From: a virus
Direction: 5' to 3' (one strand)
IMG/VR virus record: IMGVR_UViG_3300007735_000795
Location: 34,767 to 98,766 of that record
Length of the DNA stretch: 64,000 nt
How positions within the stretch are numbered: the stretch's first letter is position 1; every line of letters starts with the position of its first letter. This document shows, piece after piece, positions 37,128 to 46,946 of this stretch. The position numbers were made by a program, and so were the translations under genes. The notes under the pieces were generated by a model. It did no database searches and had not been told where the DNA came from. It saw only the letters and a list, made by a program, of their open reading frames with translations.

Positions 37128-38743
37128 TAAAACATTCCTCCCATTCCACTAAGGTCTTCTTGTTTAGTTTCTTCAGGTTTATCTACAACAGTACATTCAG
37201 TTAATAGAATTGTTCCTGCTACTGAAGCGGCATTTTCAATTGCTGTACGAGTTACTTTAGTTGGATCAATGATTCCAGCTTGTTTCATATCAACAAACTT
37301 TTGTGTTTCGAGATTATAACCTCTCCAGTTATCACGAACAACAAACAAGTTATTGATTACTTGATATGATTCCATTTCTTCATAACCAGCATTAGTGAGA
37401 ATTTTTATAAATGGTGAAGCACATGCTTTCCAAACAATGTTACCACCTACAGTGTCTCGGTTTGTAATTGATTCACGTGCATATAGTAAAGCAGATCCAC
37501 CACCAGGTACAATACCTTCTTCAATTGCGGCTTTAGTTGCTTGCAAGGCGTCATCCACGCGGTCTTTCTTTTCTTTGACCTCGGTTTCAGTATTACCACC
37601 GACATGAATTATTGCTACTCCTCCGACGAACTTCGCAAGCCTTTCTTGTAATTTTTCTTGTTCGAAAGGGGTCTTTGCTTTTTCGATTTGTTGTTGAAGT
37701 TCTTCAATACGTGTTTGTATTCTCTCAGATTGTCCTTTTCCATCAACTATTGTTGTTTGGTCTTTAGTAACTGTTATTAAACGGGCTTCGCCAAACCACT
37801 TCCAATCGAATTTGTCTAGCTTCATGCCCTTATCAGTACTAAATACCTCACCTCCTGTCAAAGTCGCAATGTCTTCTAAAAGTAGTTTTCTGCGATCACC
37901 AAAGTCAGGTGCTTTTACAGCACACACCTTAATAGTACCCCTCATTTTATTTACAATAAGTGTAGCAAGTGCTTCACCATCAACGTCTTCTCCTATAATA
38001 AGAAGCGGTTTGTTCTGATTAGACACTGCTTCTAATACTGGGAGTAATTCTTTAATAGTAGTAAAACGTTTGTCAGCAATGAGAATCAATGGATTCTCAA
38101 GGGTACAAGTCATTGTGTTGTTATCAGTAACAAAGTAATGTGATTTGTATCCTCTGTCAAATTGCATACCTTCTACTGTTTCAAGGTATGTTTCACCTGA
38201 TTTTGATTCTTCAATGTGTACTACACCTTCACGTCCTACTTTTTGCATTGCTGTAGCAATCAATTCTCCAATTTCAGGGTCATTATTTGCTGAAATGGTG
38301 GCTACTTGTTTAAGTTGGTCTTCAGAACTAATGTCTTGAGAAATGTTTTTACGTAATTCTCTAACAACTTCTTTAACAGCAGAATCAATTTCACGTTTGA
38401 TTTTAACTGCATTAATACCATTATTTAAATGTGTTAATCCATTTTTAACCATTTCTTGGGCCAACAATGTAGAAGTAGTTGTACCGTCACCTGCTCCATC
38501 AGCTGTTTTAATAGCTGCTTGTTTAACAAGTTGTGCTCCTAATTCTTCAATTGGGTCTTCAAGTGAAATATTCCTTGCTACTGTTACCCCATCTTTTGTA
38601 GATTGAGGGTAATCATTGTTTTTTGAAATTACAACATTACGACCATTAGGGCCTAATGTTGATGTAACGGCATTTGCTAATTTATCAATACCACTTACTA
38701 GTTTTTTTCTTGCTTCAGGTCCGAATTCGATAATTTTACTCAT
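37127..38743 (-). CDS. groEL: chaperonin GroEL
   Basis: [45 protein letters not shown] tail. Confidence 0.98.
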   Translation of the reverse strand: MSKIIEFGPEARKKLVSGIDKLANAVTSTLGPNGRNVVISKNNDYPQSTKDGVTVARNISLEDPIEELGAQLVKQAAIKTADGAGDGTTTSTLLAQEMVKNGLTHLNNGINAVKIKREIDSAVKEVVRELRKNISQDISSEDQLKQVATISANNDPEIGELIATAMQKVGREGVVHIEESKSGETYLETVEGMQFDRGYKSHYFVTDNNTMTCTLENPLILIADKRFTTIKELLPVLEAVSNQNKPLLIIGEDVDGEALATLIVNKMRGTIKVCAVKAPDFGDRRKLLLEDIATLTGGEVFSTDKGMKLDKFDWKWFGEARLITVTKDQTTIVDGKGQSERIQTRIEELQQQIEKAKTPFEQEKLQERLAKFVGGVAIIHVGGNTETEVKEKKDRVDDALQATKAAIEEGIVPGGGSALLYARESITNRDTVGGNIVWKACASPFIKILTNAGYEEMESYQVINNLFVVRDNWRGYNLETQKFVDMKQAGIIDPTKVTRTAIENAASVAGTILLTECTVVDKPEETKQEDLSGMGGMF

Positions 38744-38749
38744 ATTTTG

Positions 38750-39043
38750 TTATTCTGTTATAATTGCTAATACTTGGTTTTCTGGGCATACCCAGTATTC
38801 TTGGCCATCAAATTCAATTTTGTTTGGTCCCATAGCTGGAAGCATTACTTCCATACCTACTCTTAGACTTGTGTCTATCCAAACACCTGTTGCTGAATGA
38901 TAGCCTTCACCTATTGATACAATTGTTCCAATAAGTGCTTTTTCTTTACCCAAATCGGGTACTATGATTGAGCCGTATAGTGACTCTTCTGATTCGCGGG
39001 GTTTAACTATAACCGCGTTAAATGTTGCTTGTAACTTTTTCAT
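38750..39043 (-). CDS. groES: co-chaperonin GroES
   Basis: GSIIVPD..KEK...G.IVSIGEG; directly upstream of groEL. Confidence 0.92.
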   Translation of the reverse strand: MKKLQATFNAVIVKPRESEESLYGSIIVPDLGKEKALIGTIVSIGEGYHSATGVWIDTSLRVGMEVMLPAMGPNKIEFDGQEYWVCPENQVLAIITE

Positions 39044-39366
39044 AATTCTGGGTTAATAATTTGCATAATTTCTTCTTTTACACGTTTCCATTCATTCACA
39101 TATTCTGAAAGTGATTCATAAACAGGTCTGTTATCAATTTTAAGTTTAGCAATTGATGAAACAGCTGAACCAAATGATGAATGATGGGTATGGGCTTTAA
39201 GGCCTTCTGTGGCACGAGTTTGTCGTCCTCTTCCACCTTTGTTGGTGCCAGGTTTTAGTGTTTCATAAACAGTGTAACTACTAGCATCCTTACCAATAAA
39301 ATAAGGTTCAATGAGTGGGTCTTTAATTAGCGTCAAAGACGACAACGCTTGTTTTTCTTTTTTCAT
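39040..39366 (-). CDS. hypothetical protein
   Basis: 108 aa; first gene of groES/EL unit. Confidence 0.75.
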   Translation of the reverse strand: MKKEKQALSSLTLIKDPLIEPYFIGKDASSYTVYETLKPGTNKGGRGRQTRATEGLKAHTHHSSFGSAVSSIAKLKIDNRPVYESLSEYVNEWKRVKEEIMQIINPEL

Positions 39367-39380
39367 AACTATTATTTGTT

Positions 39381-39439
39381 TGAATATACGAACAAAATTT
39401 TAAATAACCAAATAAAATACAACTTTTGTTTATAAATAT
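39381..39439 (-). promoter_or_regulatory. tandem class-2 (39431-39439) and class-1 (39381-39412) promoters for the groES/EL unit
   Basis: Both motifs in one intergenic gap. Confidence 0.65.
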
Positions 39440-39445
39440 GTGTAC

Positions 39446-40168
39446 TTATTGTTCTTTTGCAACAATATAGTAAGTACTTTGCAGATTAGTAACAGAAAAT
39501 GTAAGTTTCATCAATCCATTACTTTTTACAAACAATTGACCATTAGTCATATTTTTATTACACACTAGTATTTCTTTTAGTAATTCAGCATTGTACACCA
39601 ATTTAAAGGTGTTTTCTGAAGGTGTTATATTCTGGATGAAGTATGATACTTTATTTGCATACTCAACGTCTCCTCCAAATGTAAATCCTAATCCTAATTC
39701 ATCCGGTTCAACAACAACATTTTCTACGTTGGGAAGTGCATTTTTTGCTTTAACCAATGCACTGATAATTTCGTTGTTTAGATTTGCTTCCACATCATAT
39801 TCTTCAGGACCATTATATTCACCAGGTTTAGGAATGGTAAGTAAGTCTGCTAAAGTATAATTTAAATTAAATTGTTCATCAGCAATTAGTAATTTGGTAA
39901 TGATTTTGTTTTCCTTAACATAGTCAAGTACTAAATCACCACTTGTAATTGCTAATAATTTATCAAGTTGAGTAGTATTACTAATACCAATTGATGATTC
40001 GGGGAGTGGAAAATTATCATAAACAACTTTACCAATCATTTCTCTAGTAGGAGACATGAAGTTAATGGTGAGTTGTTTGTCTTTATTTATTTCCCATTTA
40101 ACATTTTCTACTAAACCATTTAAATGGTACTTTTCAATAATGGATTGTAATACTAGTTTTGATATCAT
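39446..40168 (-). CDS. DNA sliding clamp (gp45/PCNA-like)
   Basis: 240 aa two-domain beta/alpha pattern ending GLMKLTF...STYYIVA; next to PolB and near clamp loader. Confidence 0.7.
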   Translation of the reverse strand: MISKLVLQSIIEKYHLNGLVENVKWEINKDKQLTINFMSPTREMIGKVVYDNFPLPESSIGISNTTQLDKLLAITSGDLVLDYVKENKIITKLLIADEQFNLNYTLADLLTIPKPGEYNGPEEYDVEANLNNEIISALVKAKNALPNVENVVVEPDELGLGFTFGGDVEYANKVSYFIQNITPSENTFKLVYNAELLKEILVCNKNMTNGQLFVKSNGLMKLTFSVTNLQSTYYIVAKEQ

Positions 40169-40206
40169 ATAACCTTAATATAATAAAATCTTTAGTAAAA
40201 ACCAAA

Positions 40207-41115
40207 TTAAAAACTAAAAAATTTAGTCACATTTGCATTTAACGGCGGAAATTCCCATTTTAAATCACTATAAAGTTCCTTTAATTTGTTTAATAGTAAT
40301 GACTCAAAAATTTCATCTATATCAATATACATTTTAACAAATTTTTCTATCTCATCAGGTACTTTAGCATTTGGTAAACCAATTGTATCTAGTTTGTACA
40401 TGTTTGGTTTTAGGTTAATAATAAAGATTTTATCACCTTCAATTATAGATTCGTATTTTTTATCTAGTTTTTTAAACTTTAATAAGTCATTATAACGAAC
40501 AGCTGCTTTAGTGTTTGAAGGTGCTTTTAGTCTGAAGTTGCTAAACATTTCTCCTGCTCTAGCAGGTACAATGTATGCTTTTATTTGTTTTACTCCAGTA
40601 GGTTTACCTAATTGTCTAATGTCTGTTGTTTTAAGTGATTTGTAAAATTCAATGATTGAATTGTCAATTTCAGTTTTAGTTTTACCAAACAATATGTTTT
40701 TGATAAGTTGTTCTCCAAACGATTTAAACAACTTATTCATGTTAGACTTCATTAGTTCAAGTCCTTTCATATCCAATTCATCAACAGCAACACCTTCTTT
40801 ATTAGTAATATACATAGCATACCTTCGTTTACCAGTAACAAGAATACCCTTAGCAATTACTTCTTGTTTTAACTGAAAGTAGTGTTTTTTAGGGTCAATG
40901 TTAAATAATTCTTTACAAAGAGTATTCAGGTGAGTATTTGATTCGTTTTGAATTTGATTTGCTAATTTTAATATGATTTCATTTTTATTGGTATCATTGA
41001 TTTCAATACCTTGAGATTTCATATGTTCTAGTACAGGACGTAATCCTATAAAAAGACTATCCGTATCTGATATTTTAATATGATTTGTTTCCTTTGTTTC
41101 TGTTTCCGATTTCAT
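40207..41115 (-). CDS. DNA polymerase family B, C-terminal fragment (motif C + thumb)
   Basis: ISDTDS, KRRYA, MKGLE motifs; ATG directly preceded by in-frame TAA. Confidence 0.9.
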   Translation of the reverse strand: MKSETETKETNHIKISDTDSLFIGLRPVLEHMKSQGIEINDTNKNEIILKLANQIQNESNTHLNTLCKELFNIDPKKHYFQLKQEVIAKGILVTGKRRYAMYITNKEGVAVDELDMKGLELMKSNMNKLFKSFGEQLIKNILFGKTKTEIDNSIIEFYKSLKTTDIRQLGKPTGVKQIKAYIVPARAGEMFSNFRLKAPSNTKAAVRYNDLLKFKKLDKKYESIIEGDKIFIINLKPNMYKLDTIGLPNAKVPDEIEKFVKMYIDIDEIFESLLLNKLKELYSDLKWEFPPLNANVTKFFSF

Positions 41116-41842
41116 TTATATAACCGTGTTTTTCTGCTATTTCTGTTGTTTTAAATAATGGTTGTAGATTTGTATAGTGAAAGCATTGTTTTTGTTCTTC
41201 TAGTTTAGTTAAGTCAAAGTTTGAACAAGCTTTAATATGATCTATTTCCCATACTGTTCCATGGTTTTCCCAAGTCATTTCAGGTTTAAATTGTTGTTCT
41301 AAATATAATTTAAGTTCTTCAATAGAACAATTTATTAATTCAAGTACAGATTTTATTTTATATCCTCTAATTACAGCACTATAAAATCTATTTCTTAAAG
41401 TAACTTCAATTTTGTATTGAATATTGTTATTATATCTATCATTCTGGTATGGTCTATCTCTTTCAGCTATGTAGCCATATTTTGAATTATATTCTTTTGT
41501 ACATTCTTTGCACTTGTTTTGTAAACCATGAGGTGCTTTTTTATCAGGATAAAATTCTGTTTTGTTTTTTATATTAAAACATGTGTTGCATTTTTTTATA
41601 TTTTTGTATTTTTCCTCTAAAAGTAACCATTTATATTTGTATTGTTGGAATGTTTCTTTTAATGTTTTACCTTTACGTTTTTCTCTAAACCATAATGCCC
41701 AACATCCATTACAGTAACCGCTTGATTGTAGTTGTTCAAATTCTTCTACACAACCAGTACATCTTTTTCTTAAACCATCTTCAGAATATTTTATTAAATC
41801 TATGTTATGTTTATATTGTTTTCTATTTTTTGTTTTACTCAT
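41075..41842 (-). CDS. HNH homing-type endonuclease
   Basis: CxxC pairs, MTWENHG.VWEIDHI...FHYTNLQPL. Confidence 0.88.
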   Translation of the reverse strand: MSKTKNRKQYKHNIDLIKYSEDGLRKRCTGCVEEFEQLQSSGYCNGCWALWFREKRKGKTLKETFQQYKYKWLLLEEKYKNIKKCNTCFNIKNKTEFYPDKKAPHGLQNKCKECTKEYNSKYGYIAERDRPYQNDRYNNNIQYKIEVTLRNRFYSAVIRGYKIKSVLELINCSIEELKLYLEQQFKPEMTWENHGTVWEIDHIKACSNFDLTKLEEQKQCFHYTNLQPLFKTTEIAEKHGYINEIGNRNKGNKSY

Positions 41843-41883
41843 AATGTATTATTTTATTATAAATATACATAGAGTCTGTCTTC

Positions 41884-41919
41884 TCAATATAAAAAAGAAA
41901 GCTTAGTTTCCCAAGCTTT
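41884..41919 (-). terminator. intrinsic terminator overlapping class-1 promoter, between the polymerase halves
   Basis: AAAGCTTGG-GAAA-CTAAGCTTT-CTTTTTT; CTTGG..TATATTGA at the standard spacing. Confidence 0.8.
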
Positions 41920-41949
41920 ACTTTAAATAGTTTGTTTTAATTAGTTTAA

Positions 41950-42237
41950 CTATGAATTTCCACCTTGGTATTCACCATCCAAGAACCAAAGCACTTCTCC
42001 TTCCTCCATACCATTAACAGCTATATCTAAAGAACCCTTATTAGGATTTAACGTATCTTCTTGATTTTCAATACTGTAAGAAGTATTTGTTTTTTCTAAA
42101 AACTTAATGAATTTAGAAGCTTGTAGTTTCCTTGCTGCGTCTACTATTTCGCTATGAGTTAGTGCCTCATTTAATACTTTAGAATTAGTAGTCATTTTGT
42201 TTTCTACTAAATATTTTTTTAAATCAAAATTATCCAT
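41950..42237 (-). CDS. hypothetical protein with MDNFDLKKYLVE leader (putative packaged protein)
   Basis: Own class-2 motif (42254-42262) and terminator. Confidence 0.75.
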   Translation of the reverse strand: MDNFDLKKYLVENKMTTNSKVLNEALTHSEIVDAARKLQASKFIKFLEKTNTSYSIENQEDTLNPNKGSLDIAVNGMEEGEVLWFLDGEYQGGNS

Positions 42238-42271
42238 GTTATTATAGTTTTATTATAAATATATGTTTTTT

Positions 42272-44020
42272 TTAAAGGTTAAATTTCTTTATTAATTCTT
42301 CTTTACTTAACTGTAGATATTCATTATTTATTTCATTATTTACAAAATCAATAGTATGTCTTGTGAGGGACTGTCCTGTATTAGTAATAGCAGCACTACA
42401 AATTAAATGCCCATCAGTATAACGCCATCCACTTTTAGCAAATGTACCATACATTGCGTTTTGTAGAATTTTAAATGCGTGTTGGAACAAATCATATAGT
42501 TTATAATTAGCCCAATCTTCTTCTTTACCAGCTTTTTTCTTAAGTGCCCTATAATGTTCTCGTTTATCAAACCAGCCTTCTAGAATTTTAGCAACAACAC
42601 TTTGTTCATCTGTTCTAAACATTGCCCCTGAAGCAGAAACTGTAAAGTTATTGTCTTCAATAATTTTAATTAGGTCTCCTAGTTTAATTTTTGCTTGGTT
42701 TAAACTATAATTCTTTTTATTTACTTTTTCAATTACAACTTCTTCGTTTGGGTCTCGTTCTTTAAGTTTTTCTAGACTATGATTTTGTTCATATGTTGGT
42801 CTATGATCAACTTTAATTCTACCTACTAATGTTTCAATACCTAAATTAAGTGATTTAATAATTGAAGGGTATAGTGAAGTAAAGTCTAAGTCAATTACGT
42901 CAAAGTATAAGCCAGGGATTGGTTCTAATAAATAACCACCAGCATATGTTTCCTTAAAGTTTTTAAGTGATGGGTTATGAGTAGTTGGTTTATTAGGTGA
43001 AATTATATTTTCTCGTTTTAGGTGTTTTAAAATAGCACCTTCATTCATAACTGTATTCCAATAAATTGATTCATAAGGAATGTTACAAATGTGAGAAATC
43101 ATAATTGTTAAGTCAATAAACTTAAGTTTAGCCTCTAATGCTTCAATGATTTCAACGTCTCGTAAGTTATAATCTATAAATTTATTTATGTCGTCTCTGA
43201 ATAATGTGTTTAAATTACCTTCATATTCAATTTTACCTAGGTTAACATATTTGGTTCCAATGTCTCCTAATTTATATGATGGTTCTTCCTTCATAATGTA
43301 TTTTTTATGAAGCAACATATAGTCCAAACAATTTATACCTCCAATAGTGATTTGATTTTCACCATTAAATTCTCTAGCATCTACCTTTCTAATTGGAGAC
43401 AAACGTTTAACTTCATCCTCACCTGCAATTTGTTTGATACGGTAATAAAGGTAAGGCATATCAAAGTAGTCTGAATTGTATCCTACTAGAATTGTAGGGT
43501 CTAATTCTTCAAATTTAGATAAAAATTTACCTATCAGTTCTATTTCGTTTCTACAAGGAATGATGTGTTTGTTATCTTGGTTAATTTCCTTAATTTGACC
43601 TGATGGGTCAACAACAAGACATATTTTTTGTTTTGTAGTCACATCTATAAGAGCAATAGATGTAAGAGGCATAGGTGCTTGTTGGACGTATCCTGGTGTT
43701 AAAGCACCTCCCATTTCAATTTCTATATCAATGTAAACAATGTTGTGCCATTCAGGGACAACATCGTCTTCTTTATAGTATAATTCTCGTAATATTAAAA
43801 GTGATTTGTCAATGTCTTTTTCTAACAAATCAGGATCATCTTTATCATACTTTTTAGTTGGAACAGCCCATCCACCTGTTAATACAGGTCTTGCTTTTTC
43901 ACTCCATTCATTGGTGCGTTTCCAAAATGTAGGTTGAAATTGAAACTGCATCCAACCTTGTTTGTCGTCTCGTAAGTAATAGGTATAATTACAACGGTCG
44001 TAGTATATTGCTTGGTACAT
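42272..44020 (-). CDS. DNA polymerase family B, N-terminal fragment (3'-5' exonuclease, motifs A and B)
   Basis: DIEIE, GYNSDYFD, YNLRD, DLDFTSLYPSII, KILQNAMYG; stops before motif C. Confidence 0.93.
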   Translation of the reverse strand: MYQAIYYDRCNYTYYLRDDKQGWMQFQFQPTFWKRTNEWSEKARPVLTGGWAVPTKKYDKDDPDLLEKDIDKSLLILRELYYKEDDVVPEWHNIVYIDIEIEMGGALTPGYVQQAPMPLTSIALIDVTTKQKICLVVDPSGQIKEINQDNKHIIPCRNEIELIGKFLSKFEELDPTILVGYNSDYFDMPYLYYRIKQIAGEDEVKRLSPIRKVDAREFNGENQITIGGINCLDYMLLHKKYIMKEEPSYKLGDIGTKYVNLGKIEYEGNLNTLFRDDINKFIDYNLRDVEIIEALEAKLKFIDLTIMISHICNIPYESIYWNTVMNEGAILKHLKRENIISPNKPTTHNPSLKNFKETYAGGYLLEPIPGLYFDVIDLDFTSLYPSIIKSLNLGIETLVGRIKVDHRPTYEQNHSLEKLKERDPNEEVVIEKVNKKNYSLNQAKIKLGDLIKIIEDNNFTVSASGAMFRTDEQSVVAKILEGWFDKREHYRALKKKAGKEEDWANYKLYDLFQHAFKILQNAMYGTFAKSGWRYTDGHLICSAAITNTGQSLTRHTIDFVNNEINNEYLQLSKEELIKKFNL

Positions 44021-44064
44021 AACATTTTAATATAATAAAAAATGTTTGTAGAGGCAAGGGATTA

Positions 44065-46014
44065 TTAAACTGCTCCAAAAGAAGCAGTATACCATCCTCC
44101 ATCCCAAATATATAATTTATTAGTACTTGTATTAAAATACATTGAACCTGTTTTTGGGTTGGATGGGTTGACTGTATTTGTAGGTATCATGATTGAACCC
44201 CTACTACTACCATCTACATCAACAGTAAATCCATCTTTTTCGGTACCTAATGCTCCTCCTATTCCTACTACAAACAATGAAGTATCATTACCGTGTTCAT
44301 TAAATTTACCAACTACAGTTTGATACGAACCCGAAGCTATAGCATATCCTCCTAAAGCAGTTGAATAAGCGCCTTCTGTTTCTGAATATGTTCCTCCTGC
44401 AAATGAATAAATACCTTTAGCAACTGTATTTGCTCCTTGAGTATGTGAACCATTACCATATGCTAATGTGTTCTCCCCCTCAGCATGAGAATATGAGCCT
44501 GAAGCAATTGAATTATATCCTTCAGCGTGGGAAAAATCACCTCGAGCATCTGTGTCATTACCTTCAGCATGAGAACCGGTACCTCTAGTATATGTTCCCA
44601 AACCTTCAGCATGAGAAAAAGGACCTTCTGTTAGAGAACCTGAACCTTCAGCATGAGAATGTTGTCCTGAAGTCTGTGTGTCTTTACCTTCAGCATGTGA
44701 ATATCCACCTAAAGCCCATGTGTTATAACCTTCAGCATGAACATAAAAACCTGAAGCGGTTGTTTGAGAACCTTCAGCGTGTGAATATTGTCCTGAAGCA
44801 GTTGTTTGATAACCTTCAGCATGTGAGTATTGACCTAAAGCAATTGTTTGATAACCTTCAGCATGTGAATAAGAACCTGAAGCAACTGTTTGAGAACCTT
44901 CAGCATGTGAATATAAACCTAAGGATAAAGTTTGTTGTCCTTCTGCATGTGAATAAGAACCTGAAGCAACTGTTTGAGAACCTTCAGCGTGTGAATATTG
45001 ACCTGAAGACGTTGTTAAATAACCTTCTGCGTGAGACCATGAACCTGATGCTAATGTTTGATATCCTTCAGCATGTGAATAATCACCTAAGGATAAAGTT
45101 TGCCATCCTTCAGAATGAGAGCCTTGTCCTACAGCATCTGTTTGATAACCTTCAGCATGAGAAGAATTACCAGAGGATGTTGTTTGATAACCTTCAGTGT
45201 GTGAATAACCACCTAAAGCAAGTGTAGCTTGACCTTCAGTATGGGAATAATTACCTTGAGCTAATGTTTGATAACCTTCAGCATGAGCTGCTAAACCTAA
45301 AGCAGTTGTTTGCAATCCTTCGGCATGTGAAGAAATACCTGATGCTAATGATGATGAACCTTCTGCGTGTGAAGTAATACCAATTGAGTCGGTTGATCTG
45401 CCTTCAGCATGTGAATAAAGACCTGAAGCTGTTGTTTGAAAACCTTCAGCGTGAGAAGTAGAACCTGATGCTAATGTTTGGTATCCTTCTGCATGTGAAT
45501 AAGAACCTGAAGCAAATGAACCTGAACCTTCAGCATGGGATGCAAAACCATAAGCAGTAGTTTGAGAACCTTCAGCATGTGAATATGAACCGGATGCTAA
45601 TGCTTGATAACCTTCAGCATGAGAAGCAGATCCAATAGCGTCTGTTTCTCGTCCTTCTGAATGGGCATATAAACCTGAAGCTGTTGTTTGATAACCTTCA
45701 GCATGAGTAGAAGTAGTTTTAGCCCATGTTTGCCATCCTTCGGCGTGTGCTGTATAACCAGTTGCTTGTGAATCTCTACCTTGTGCGTGTGAATAATTAC
45801 CTGATGCTGTTACGTTGTCTCCTTGAGCAAATGTATATTCATTGAAAGCAGTAGCATTTACTCCAATCATTATAGAGCCACTAAATTTATTGCTACCTGA
45901 TAGGAAAGCATATGATTTAGAGACATGAAAAAAATTATTGTCTAATTGTTCATAACTAAGAGCAGAACCAGTAACTGTTCTAAATGTAAACGATCCTGAA
46001 TTTAAAAGAGGCAT
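44065..46014 (-). CDS. fibre/adhesin-like protein with YadA-head (Hep_Hag)-type beta-roll repeats
   Basis: About 35 x 14-aa repeats xxTxAxGxxSHAEG; class-2 motif at 46031-46039. Confidence 0.8.
   Translation of the reverse strand: MPLLNSGSFTFRTVTGSALSYEQLDNNFFHVSKSYAFLSGSNKFSGSIMIGVNATAFNEYTFAQGDNVTASGNYSHAQGRDSQATGYTAHAEGWQTWAKTTSTHAEGYQTTASGLYAHSEGRETDAIGSASHAEGYQALASGSYSHAEGSQTTAYGFASHAEGSGSFASGSYSHAEGYQTLASGSTSHAEGFQTTASGLYSHAEGRSTDSIGITSHAEGSSSLASGISSHAEGLQTTALGLAAHAEGYQTLAQGNYSHTEGQATLALGGYSHTEGYQTTSSGNSSHAEGYQTDAVGQGSHSEGWQTLSLGDYSHAEGYQTLASGSWSHAEGYLTTSSGQYSHAEGSQTVASGSYSHAEGQQTLSLGLYSHAEGSQTVASGSYSHAEGYQTIALGQYSHAEGYQTTASGQYSHAEGSQTTASGFYVHAEGYNTWALGGYSHAEGKDTQTSGQHSHAEGSGSLTEGPFSHAEGLGTYTRGTGSHAEGNDTDARGDFSHAEGYNSIASGSYSHAEGENTLAYGNGSHTQGANTVAKGIYSFAGGTYSETEGAYSTALGGYAIASGSYQTVVGKFNEHGNDTSLFVVGIGGALGTEKDGFTVDVDGSSRGSIMIPTNTVNPSNPKTGSMYFNTSTNKLYIWDGGWYTASFGAV
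44350..45840 (-). repeat. coding tandem repeat, 42-bp period
   Basis: Recurrent ccttc(a/t)gc(a/g)tg on + strand every 42 nt. Confidence 0.9.
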
Positions 46015-46059
46015 ATTATAATAGTTTTATTATAAATATTGTCCTATTTTAGATTTTAC

Positions 46060-46401
46060 TTAAGATATAGTTAAAGAAAAACGACCTGTCCCTCGTAAAT
46101 AGTAATTAGTTCCAGTTACATTAGCTGAAGGGACAAATGTTATTGAAGTATTACCTGGTGGTACTACTACAGATGTTATAAAGGGTGATTGTATTAATCC
46201 AGGATTAGAAGTAGCAGTCCATGTTCCAGCAGCGCAAGAAGGTTGATTCGTAAAATTACCATTATTGTTCCTTAATGTCTCTAAAGTGAAATAAGATGAA
46301 TCACCAGGATTAGTAAAAGCAAAGGTATATGTCACTCCGGAAGTTAGGTTTTCACCTAAAACTCCAGCTCCATATAATTGTGCTGCTGTATAAGTTGCCA
46401 T
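46060..46401 (-). CDS. small beta-rich putative virion protein
   Basis: T/G/N/S-rich; class-2 motif at 46413-46420; adjacent to fibre gene. Confidence 0.6.
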   Translation of the reverse strand: MATYTAAQLYGAGVLGENLTSGVTYTFAFTNPGDSSYFTLETLRNNNGNFTNQPSCAAGTWTATSNPGLIQSPFITSVVVPPGNTSITFVPSANVTGTNYYLRGTGRFSLTIS

Positions 46402-46424
46402 TATATTTTTTAATAAATATTGTC

Positions 46425-46946
46425 TTATTCGAAAAACTGCTCTAAGTTTGGTTTAAAATAATTAACTGATTTCATTACTTTACGATCATGAGTACGATAC
46501 ACTACCCAATAATCACCTTGTTTTTCATAATGACAAGCAGTACCTTGTTCTTGTTCTCTAATACGAACAGTTAAATTAGCTTCTTCTTCGGTTTTACAAA
46601 CCTTACTCATATTTGATGCTTGTACTTCAGCATATGCATCTTGAATTTGGCCTTTTAAACCATGAAGCATAGTTCCATTTCCTAATGAAACATATGTTAT
46701 GTCACACAATGCGTCTAATACCCCTACAATATCTCCTTTTTGACATGCTTCTTTATATTCCTCTAGTTCCTCTAGAATAAAATTATAAACAAACATCCAT
46801 TCTTTTTCATCTGGAATGACTGGGGAATAATTGTTTGGTTTACCCATTGTTTTGTTAAATGTTTCTACTTCATCAACAAATGGAACAGATTGCATTGCTT
46901 TTCTAATTGTTTCGTAGTTTACTGTTTTAGATTGAGACATGACCAT
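46425..46946 (-). CDS. MazG-like nucleoside triphosphate pyrophosphohydrolase
   Basis: EELEE...DALCD..YV...EVQASNMSK...KVMKS..Y..P. Confidence 0.85.
   Translation of the reverse strand: MVMSQSKTVNYETIRKAMQSVPFVDEVETFNKTMGKPNNYSPVIPDEKEWMFVYNFILEELEEYKEACQKGDIVGVLDALCDITYVSLGNGTMLHGLKGQIQDAYAEVQASNMSKVCKTEEEANLTVRIREQEQGTACHYEKQGDYWVVYRTHDRKVMKSVNYFKPNLEQFFE

Noticed and set aside
18079-39043. Bacterial chromosome (LPS locus plus groESL)
   Set aside because: Embedded among gp32/gp41/gp44/gp45-like, PolB and lysis genes on one strand with phage-like gene density
41116-42271. Intein or group I intron in the polymerase
   Set aside because: No Cys/Ser-start or HN-end intein motifs at the fragment ends; the gap is filled by two ORFs, promoters and a terminator, leaving no visible ribozyme core (a covariance search would be the formal test)
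44350-45840. CRISPR-like array
   Set aside because: The 42-bp period is an in-frame protein repeat with synonymous variation, not constant repeats with spacers
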